Positions 58,657 through 64,000 of a DNA stretch of 64,000 nucleotides are shown here, one piece after another. The notes beneath the pieces are model-generated. The model was not told the origin of the DNA. It was given only the letters and a program-made list of their open reading frames with translations, and ran no database searches. The translations under genes were made by a program, and so were the position numbers. Within the stretch, counting starts at the first letter, position 1; every line of letters begins with the position of its first letter. Origin of the DNA: an uncultured Candidatus Berkelbacteria bacterium (GTDB taxonomy: Bacteria > Patescibacteriota > UBA1384 > UBA12157); the NCBI GenBank assembly GCA_903877885.1, contig CAIRFN010000006.1:3342-67341 (forward strand), given 5' to 3'.

Positions 58657-59274
58657 TTATTTCGTAAATTTGAAAGTTTGAAGAATCTGGTCGAACTGAG
58701 TGTAATCTATATTTCCTCTTGAAATAACATATGTCTGAGAATTATTTGCAATGACTACAGCTTCTATCCTTTTACTATTATCTTCTCTTACAGGGTCATT
58801 ACTGAATATTTTAATACCCTTGATATCATCTAACACATAATCCTCTTTCTGGCTATACGAAATACTATAACCAGTTTTTTCATAAATTTGTTCTGGGGTA
58901 AGGGATTCAATATTAATGCTAAATCCAATTTTTTTACCCTTATCGTCAAATGAAACAATATTTAGGTAATATTTGTTTTGTTCCACAGCACCGCTTGTGA
59001 TAGTTTCTGTGATATCTTTTGGGCTAAAATTATTAGGGTACTTTATCGAATAGCTATATTTAGAATTTGTATAAGTTTGCCATTCAGTAGTTGATGTACT
59101 TAAATTTGTTGGTGTGGCTGTTGCAGTATTATTTGACGGAATGGTAGTTGATACTTCTGGTTTGCTAATTGATTTTGAATAAACGATGTAACCAATTAAA
59201 CCGATGATAATTACAACCAAAATGCCAACTAACCACTTCAGGGTGGTATTAGAACCTGATTTGTTCTGTTCCAT
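58657..59274 (-). CDS. Hypothetical membrane-anchored secreted protein
   Basis: 205 aa; N-terminal TM helix, Thr/Asn-rich linker. Confidence 0.4.
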   Translation of the reverse strand: MEQNKSGSNTTLKWLVGILVVIIIGLIGYIVYSKSISKPEVSTTIPSNNTATATPTNLSTSTTEWQTYTNSKYSYSIKYPNNFSPKDITETITSGAVEQNKYYLNIVSFDDKGKKIGFSINIESLTPEQIYEKTGYSISYSQKEDYVLDDIKGIKIFSNDPVREDNSKRIEAVVIANNSQTYVISRGNIDYTQFDQILQTFKFTK

Positions 59275-59460
59275 TTTTCCTCCTCAAATTTTATTTAGTT
59301 TAATTCTACTACTACTACTTTACAACAAAATAGACTAAAAAATATCAGTTTGTATTAAAGCCATTGAAAAATAAGGCAAAATCAGGTAAAATAAAGAAGG
59401 AATGGGCGGTTGGCTCAGTTGGTAGAGCGCTTCGTTTATTTACCCCGTTAAATAGATTCC

Positions 59461-59532
59461 GGCCGCTTAACTCAGCGGTAGAGTACTTCGTTTACATCGA
59501 AGGAGTCGCAGGTTCGAATCCTGCAGCGGCCA
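59461..59532 (+). tRNA. tRNA-Val(TAC), no encoded CCA
   Basis: GGCCGCT-TA-ACTC-AGCGGTA-GAGT-A-CTTCG-TTTACAT-CGAAG-GAGTC-GCAGG-TTCGAAT-CCTGC-AGCGGCC-A folds as a canonical cloverleaf. Confidence 0.8.
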
Positions 59533-59731
59533 AATTTAACGGGGCAAGTCGAGAGGGTCAGAGGCTCGCTTTGCTCCGACTTCCGTCGGCGAATCCTCTA
59601 TTGCCCACCACCTTGTTATTAGGTTACCTTTATGGTAAGATAAATATATCTTAAATATCAGCCTCCTAATACAATAAATTTTCGATAGATTTGCATTTGA
59701 TCTTTGTTTGAACAAGTGAGATAATATTTTT

Positions 59732-60424
59732 ATGAATAGTCTCATCAGTTCAAAAGAAAGAGTCATATCTTTACGAAAAGAAGGTAAAAGTTATGGAGAA
59801 ATAAATAAGATTTTAGGATTACCTAAAAGCACTTTATCAACCTGGCTAAAAGATTTGCCGATTTCTAAAAAGGTAAGAGAGAAAAATATTAATAATGCTA
59901 AATCTGTTTGGGCTAAAAATATTATAGAGTTTAATAAATTACGCTCTGAAAAATACCAAAAAGATACACAATTACTATTAGATAATTTTTCTTTACAAGT
60001 TCCTTTGGTTTCAAAAGATATTCTATTTTTTATCGGTTTGTCGTTATTTTGGGCTGAAGGTGGAAAAAGAGAAAAATGGAGTGTAATATTCGTCAATTCC
60101 GATCCAATAATGGTCAAAGCGATGATGAGATTTTTCAGAGAAGTTTGCTTTGTTCCGGAAGAAAAATTCAGACTAAGAATGCACATCTACCCAAATATCG
60201 ATGAAAATGAAGCTAAAGAATTTTGGTCAAAGATAACCAAATTACCATTAACGCAATTTGGAAAGTCACAAACTCAAATCAGTAAAAGTAGCCAGCATAA
60301 AAGACCAATAAATAGGTTGCCATATGGAACCTTAAATATAAGAATTGGAGATGCCAGCCTAAATAAGAAAATAAAAGGATGGCTTTTAGGATTAGGTAAA
60401 CAATTTAACAATATGCCTGGGTAG
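59732..60424 (+). CDS. HTH + LAGLIDADG-like (I-SceI-type) homing endonuclease-like protein
   Basis: N-terminal HTH (…SYGEINKILGLPKSTLSTWLKDL…); ...IGLSLFWAEGGKREKW resembles the second LAGLIDADG block of I-SceI (LAYWFMDDGGKWDY). The stop overlaps the 5' end of tRNA-Phe. Confidence 0.5.
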   Translation: MNSLISSKERVISLRKEGKSYGEINKILGLPKSTLSTWLKDLPISKKVREKNINNAKSVWAKNIIEFNKLRSEKYQKDTQLLLDNFSLQVPLVSKDILFFIGLSLFWAEGGKREKWSVIFVNSDPIMVKAMMRFFREVCFVPEEKFRLRMHIYPNIDENEAKEFWSKITKLPLTQFGKSQTQISKSSQHKRPINRLPYGTLNIRIGDASLNKKIKGWLLGLGKQFNNMPG

Positions 60425-60697
60425 CTCAGTGGTAGAGCACATGACTGAATTTTCGGTCCACTCGACAGTAATGTCGATGTGAGAATCGGGTGAATTCGGG
60501 GAAACCTCGCAAATCGCGGGTCAATCCCGAGCCGAGCCTCGGTGGGTTTAAGTATCGAGGAAGGTGTAGAGACTAATAGGTGAGTCCCAACAATAATCCT
60601 ATAAATAGCGCCCGACTTCCCTCTGGGAAGATGAGATAGTCCACCACGTAATTGGAAAATCATGGTGTCGGCAGTCCGATCCTGCCCCCAGGCACCA
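60415..60697 (+). tRNA. tRNA-Phe(GAA) interrupted by a 208-nt group I intron in the anticodon loop (exons 60415..60446 and 60655..60697; CCA encoded)
   Basis: Exon 1 is GCCTGGG-TA-GCTC-AGTGGTA-GAGC-A-CATGA-CT. Exon 2 is GAAAA-TCATG-GTGTC-GGCAG-TCCGATC-CTGCC-CCCAGGC-A-CCA. The intron ends in G after a 5' exon U, and contains group I R-like (GGTGTAGAGACTAATAG) and S-like (GATGAGATAGTCC) elements. Confidence 0.75.
60447..60654 (+). ncRNA. Group I self-splicing intron (no ORF) within tRNA-Phe
   Basis: Conserved R/S core elements and terminal G; too short to encode an endonuclease. Confidence 0.65.
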
Positions 60698-60717
60698 GCA
60701 TAAATTTATCAAAGGTG

Positions 60718-60760
60718 ATAAATAGTTTCGGCAGTTCGCCTTTAGGTATAGTTCCTGCCC
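60718..60760 (+). repeat. Duplicated tRNA 3'-end fragment (TCGGCAGTTCGCCTTTAGGTATAGTTCCTGCCCCCAGGCACCA)
   Basis: Ends with the same CCTGCCCCCAGGCACCA as tRNA-Phe, 21 nt downstream of it; an att-site-like direct repeat. Confidence 0.6.
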
Positions 60761-60822
60761 CCAGGCACCAAATTATATCACTGCTAAAAATATTAGTAGT
60801 GAATGTTTAGTATTGGAAAAAC

Positions 60823-61245
60823 ATGAAAATACCAAGCTTAATTAATTTCAAAGATTTAGTGAGTTTCACCCGAATTTTTGAAATTACGCCAAGTGGTACG
60901 GGCAAATATCTTTATTTAGGGATTTTGTTCAGTCTTGGCTTAATTACCGCTTGTGTGATCTGGTTTTTCAATCACTTAATCAAAAAAGATTGGCAAAATC
61001 TTTACGCGAAAATCACCGGTTTATTAGCCACGATTAGTATTATTGGCTTGGTTTTAATCGCGCTTCGGTATCAGCAAGTGCCATATCTTGGCAGCCGCTT
61101 ATTGATGGATATTCTAGGTTTAATTACAGTTTTTTGGATTATTGATATTGTCAGATACCGCTATGTCACTATTCCTGAAGAATTGGGTAAGCGCCAGAAA
61201 AAAGCCGAATTTACTAAATATCTGCCCAAAAATTACAAAATTTGA
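60823..61245 (+). CDS. Hypothetical membrane protein
   Basis: 140 aa with three predicted TM helices. Confidence 0.4.
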   Translation: MKIPSLINFKDLVSFTRIFEITPSGTGKYLYLGILFSLGLITACVIWFFNHLIKKDWQNLYAKITGLLATISIIGLVLIALRYQQVPYLGSRLLMDILGLITVFWIIDIVRYRYVTIPEELGKRQKKAEFTKYLPKNYKI

Positions 61246-61270
61246 TTTTCAAAGAAAGGAAATATATATC

Positions 61271-62416
61271 ATGTCAAACGAACCACAGTCGATGAAAGAT
61301 TTGGTGGCCGATTATGCCAACAGATTAGTCCCATTCAAACAAGGAGATGTTGTTGAAGTTAAAATCCTAGAAGTCAGCCGAACCCGCGCGTTAGTGGATG
61401 TGGCTGGACTCTCTTTGGGTTATATTCCGGAAAAAGAAATGTCGCCGGAAATGGGTGAAATGAAGCCTGGCGATAAAGTCTTGGCTTATGTTTTAGTTTT
61501 GGAAAACCCAGATGGTTATTGTATTTTGTCTTTAAAACGCGCTGATAAAGAACGCGTTACCAAAATTCTGGAAGAAAAATTCACTAGCGGCGGAGTACTT
61601 CCGGTTAAATGTCACGACGCTAACCGCGGCGGTTTGCTTTGTGCCTATGGTGAATACGAAGGATTCTTACCAGTTTCCCAATTAGCATCCTCACATTATC
61701 CAAAAGTTTCTTCAGGTGATAAAGATGAAATTTTGGCTAAACTTCGCCAATTATTGAATCAGACTTTTCAAGTTAAAATCATTTCTTTTGAACCAAATAA
61801 TAATAAATTGATTTTCTCGGAAAAAGCGGCAGGGGATTCTGTTCAACAAGAAAAAATTAAAAACTATCAACTTGGCGATATTTTAGAAGGCGAAATTACC
61901 GGTATTGTTGATTTCGGTTTGTTTATTAGTCTTGGTGAAGTTGAAGGTTTGGTCCACATTACCGAAGTTGCTTGGGGTCATATCGATAATTTACGCGATA
62001 TGTTCAAGGTTGGTCAAAAGGTTAAAGTCCAAATTATCTCTACTGAAAATAATCGTTTGTCACTTTCGATTAAACGGTTGATTGAAGATCCTTGGATTAA
62101 AACTGTTGAAAAATACAAAGTTGGCGACAAAGTTAAAGCTAAAGCGACTCGCAATACTCCATTTGGCGCTTTTGTTACTTTCGATGGTTTAGACGGTTTG
62201 GTTCATAAAACAAAAATGGGCGGCCGAGAAATCGAAGTTGGTTCTGAATACGATTTCTATATCGTTTCGATTGAACCAGAACTTCATAAATTGAATCTCT
62301 CCATGGATGAAGCCGGTTCTGAAGAAGTATCAAAAGAAGAATCAAACGCAAAACCAGCTAAAAAAGCCAAAGCTACTAAAAAAACAGCTAAAGCTAAAAC
62401 CAAAAAATCTAAATAA
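61271..62416 (+). CDS. rpsA: 30S ribosomal protein S1 (four S1 domains, Lys-rich C-terminal tail)
   Basis: Start at ATG 61271 after AAAGGAAAT; repeated S1-domain pattern (…GDVVEVKILEV…, …GDKVLAYVL…, …GDILEGEITGIVDFGLFISL…, …GDKVKAKATRNTPFGAFVTF…). Confidence 0.85.
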   Translation: MSNEPQSMKDLVADYANRLVPFKQGDVVEVKILEVSRTRALVDVAGLSLGYIPEKEMSPEMGEMKPGDKVLAYVLVLENPDGYCILSLKRADKERVTKILEEKFTSGGVLPVKCHDANRGGLLCAYGEYEGFLPVSQLASSHYPKVSSGDKDEILAKLRQLLNQTFQVKIISFEPNNNKLIFSEKAAGDSVQQEKIKNYQLGDILEGEITGIVDFGLFISLGEVEGLVHITEVAWGHIDNLRDMFKVGQKVKVQIISTENNRLSLSIKRLIEDPWIKTVEKYKVGDKVKAKATRNTPFGAFVTFDGLDGLVHKTKMGGREIEVGSEYDFYIVSIEPELHKLNLSMDEAGSEEVSKEESNAKPAKKAKATKKTAKAKTKKSK

Positions 62417-62447
62417 CAAAATTTAGTAAAAAATACGGAGGTGGTTC

Positions 62448-62927
62448 ATGATTGTCACTTGGCAAGGCGGACAGGATTTTACTTTAAAATCCAAAGGTAT
62501 AAACGTGGTCTTGAAAGATAAACCAAAACTAGGGGATATGGTTATCGACGAGCCAGGCGAATATGAAATTGGCGGTGTCCAACTCGATTGGATCGACGGC
62601 GTTGTTCAAGTTTATTTAGAAGGTTTAAATGTCAGCCATATTAAAAAAGGTAAAGTTTTATCTGACGAAGAGTTAGAAAAGTTAAATGGGATTGATATAT
62701 TGCTGATTGGCGTTGGTGGCGGTGAATTCACTGAAACAAAAACTGCTCATGCCGTGGTCAACCAAATTGATCCATCAGTGGTAATTCCGATGTATACCAA
62801 CCCGATCGAAGATTTTATTAAAGAAGAGGGGGGCGCGTCCGAACCTCTGGCTGAATACAAAGTTACTAAGCCAGAATTGCCGATTGATGGTCGAAAAATC
62901 GTCATCCTCAATGCTGAATCTAAATAA
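62448..62927 (+). CDS. Hypothetical protein
   Basis: 159 aa ORF with RBS GGAGG; no domain assigned. Confidence 0.4.
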   Translation: MIVTWQGGQDFTLKSKGINVVLKDKPKLGDMVIDEPGEYEIGGVQLDWIDGVVQVYLEGLNVSHIKKGKVLSDEELEKLNGIDILLIGVGGGEFTETKTAHAVVNQIDPSVVIPMYTNPIEDFIKEEGGASEPLAEYKVTKPELPIDGRKIVILNAESK

Positions 62928-62961
62928 AACCCCAATTCACAAAGTTATCGCCAGGTTTGCA

Positions 62962-63894
62962 ATGGCAGAAAAAATTCTGTTGATTATTCACGAAACTCCT
63001 GATGGCGATACTTTGGCTGCGGCCACAGTTTTATCTAAAGTTCTTAAAAAAATGGGTAAAAGTCCGGCGATGGTTTGTAAAGATTTGATTCCTAAACCAT
63101 TTCTTTTTTTGCCAGAAGTAAGCGAAATCCACCACGATCTTTTATTCGGCGATTATGATTTGCTGGCCGTGATTGATTGTGGCGATATCAAGCGAACTGG
63201 TTTTGCCGACCGACTTAAAAAATTTTCTAAAACAAAATCCAAAACAATTATCAATATTGATCATCATCCCAAAAATGATTTGCATAAAATTGCCCATTTG
63301 AACTTAGTTGATTATGAGGCGTCATCGACTTCAGAAATTGTTTATGAATTGTGTCAAAAGATGAATGCCGATTTGGATAAAAATCTGGCGACAGCTCTTC
63401 TAACCGGAATTTACACTGATACCGGCGGTTTTAAACATTCCAATACTTCGGATAAAACTTTGCGGATTGCCGGCGAACTATTGCGAAGTGGTGGTAAAAT
63501 TAAAACTATCACAGAAAATATTAGCTTGAATAAGACTGTGCCGGCCTTAAAACTTTGGGGTTTAGCCTTAAAGCGAATGCATCGTCATCCAAAATTAGGT
63601 ATTGTTTCATCGGTCATTACGCGTGAAGATTTGACTAATTGTGGTGCGACTGATGATGATTTAGCAGGGGTCGTTAATTTAATCAACACTGTACCAGATG
63701 CCAAAGCGGCGATTTTGTTTCATGAAACACAAGACAAAAAAATCCGCGCCTCGCTTCGAACCGAAAGCGATTCGGTTGATGTCTCGCGCCTAGCTAATAT
63801 TTTCGGCGGCGGCGGACATAAAAGAGCGGCTGGTTTTACGATCGATGGTTATTTAAAAACCACCGATAACGTCTGGCAGATTGTATTAAATTGA
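62962..63894 (+). CDS. nrnA: DHH-family phosphoesterase (NrnA-like oligoribonuclease/pAp phosphatase)
   Basis: ...LLIIHETPDGDTLAAA... (DHH motif I), ...INIDHHPKN (DHH); start placed at ATG 62962, in frame with track ORF 62884. Confidence 0.75.
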   Translation: MAEKILLIIHETPDGDTLAAATVLSKVLKKMGKSPAMVCKDLIPKPFLFLPEVSEIHHDLLFGDYDLLAVIDCGDIKRTGFADRLKKFSKTKSKTIINIDHHPKNDLHKIAHLNLVDYEASSTSEIVYELCQKMNADLDKNLATALLTGIYTDTGGFKHSNTSDKTLRIAGELLRSGGKIKTITENISLNKTVPALKLWGLALKRMHRHPKLGIVSSVITREDLTNCGATDDDLAGVVNLINTVPDAKAAILFHETQDKKIRASLRTESDSVDVSRLANIFGGGGHKRAAGFTIDGYLKTTDNVWQIVLN

Positions 63895-63917
63895 GTTTTA
63901 AGGTATAATAATAGTGT

Positions 63918-64000
63918 GCCCGAGTGTTGGAACGGTAGACAATCATCGCTTAAAACGATGCGACTCGAAAGGGTCATGCGAGTTCGAATCTCGCCTCGGG
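63918..64000 (+). tRNA. tRNA-Leu(TAA), type II, truncated by the window end
   Basis: GCCCGAG...CATCG-CTTAAAA-CGATG, long variable arm, GCGAG-TTCGAAT-CTCGC, CTCGGG…. Confidence 0.75.

Noticed and set aside
59364-59654. 96-aa plus-strand ORF across the tRNA-Val locus
   Set aside because: It is composed of tRNA and structured RNA sequence, so not a plausible protein.

Overview
This is a low-GC bacterial segment that reads in the standard genetic code with no in-frame stops in the conserved genes. The small, tightly packed genes and the split comEC suggest a Patescibacteria/CPR-like genome, but that is inference only.

Positions ~1-33300 are mostly housekeeping:
- dnaK and grpE on the minus strand.
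- Competence and recombination genes: comEC split into two ORFs, comEA, comM/yifB, recG and ruvC.
- A galT-like gene, three glycosyltransferases and a glgA-like glycan cluster.
- miaA, a spoVS-like gene in a GC-rich island, a two-gene ABC transporter, secG, four tRNA-Leu isoacceptors and tRNA-Cys.
- Accessory features in this span: a family of REP-like palindromes (core CCCACC-TCCAG-GGTGGG, each preceded by TAACCATAT), two of which flank a RAYT-type HUH tyrosine transposase in inverted orientation. A double-motif LAGLIDADG homing endonuclease sits exactly between tRNA-Gly and tRNA-Cys.

From ~34.0 kb a probable integrated element begins. A large serine recombinase overlaps the 3' end of tRNA-Leu(GAG). 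The cargo includes:
- an FtsK/TraG-like membrane ATPase of 959 aa;
- a RelA/SpoT-type HD-domain protein (small alarmone hydrolase-like) in a cluster of small acidic proteins;
- a 1030-aa protein followed by seven tandem ~300-aa paralogs.

The most notable finding is a diversity-generating retroelement (DGR). Two of the seven paralogs carry C-terminal variable repeats. These differ from a downstream non-coding template repeat (54708..54821) only at template adenines. The DGR also has:
- an Avd-like gene on the opposite strand;
- a reverse transcriptase split by a frameshift inside a (GA)18 tract;
- an IS1-like insertion with an 8-bp target duplication between the template repeat and avd.

The right end of the window holds a PLD-family nuclease, an XRE regulator, a REP cluster and an odd tRNA-Val locus. 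It also has an I-SceI-like LAGLIDADG ORF abutting a tRNA-Phe(GAA) that contains a 208-nt group I intron, followed by a duplicated tRNA 3' end. After that come rpsA, a DHH phosphoesterase (nrnA-like) and a partial tRNA-Leu(TAA). No CRISPR array was seen.
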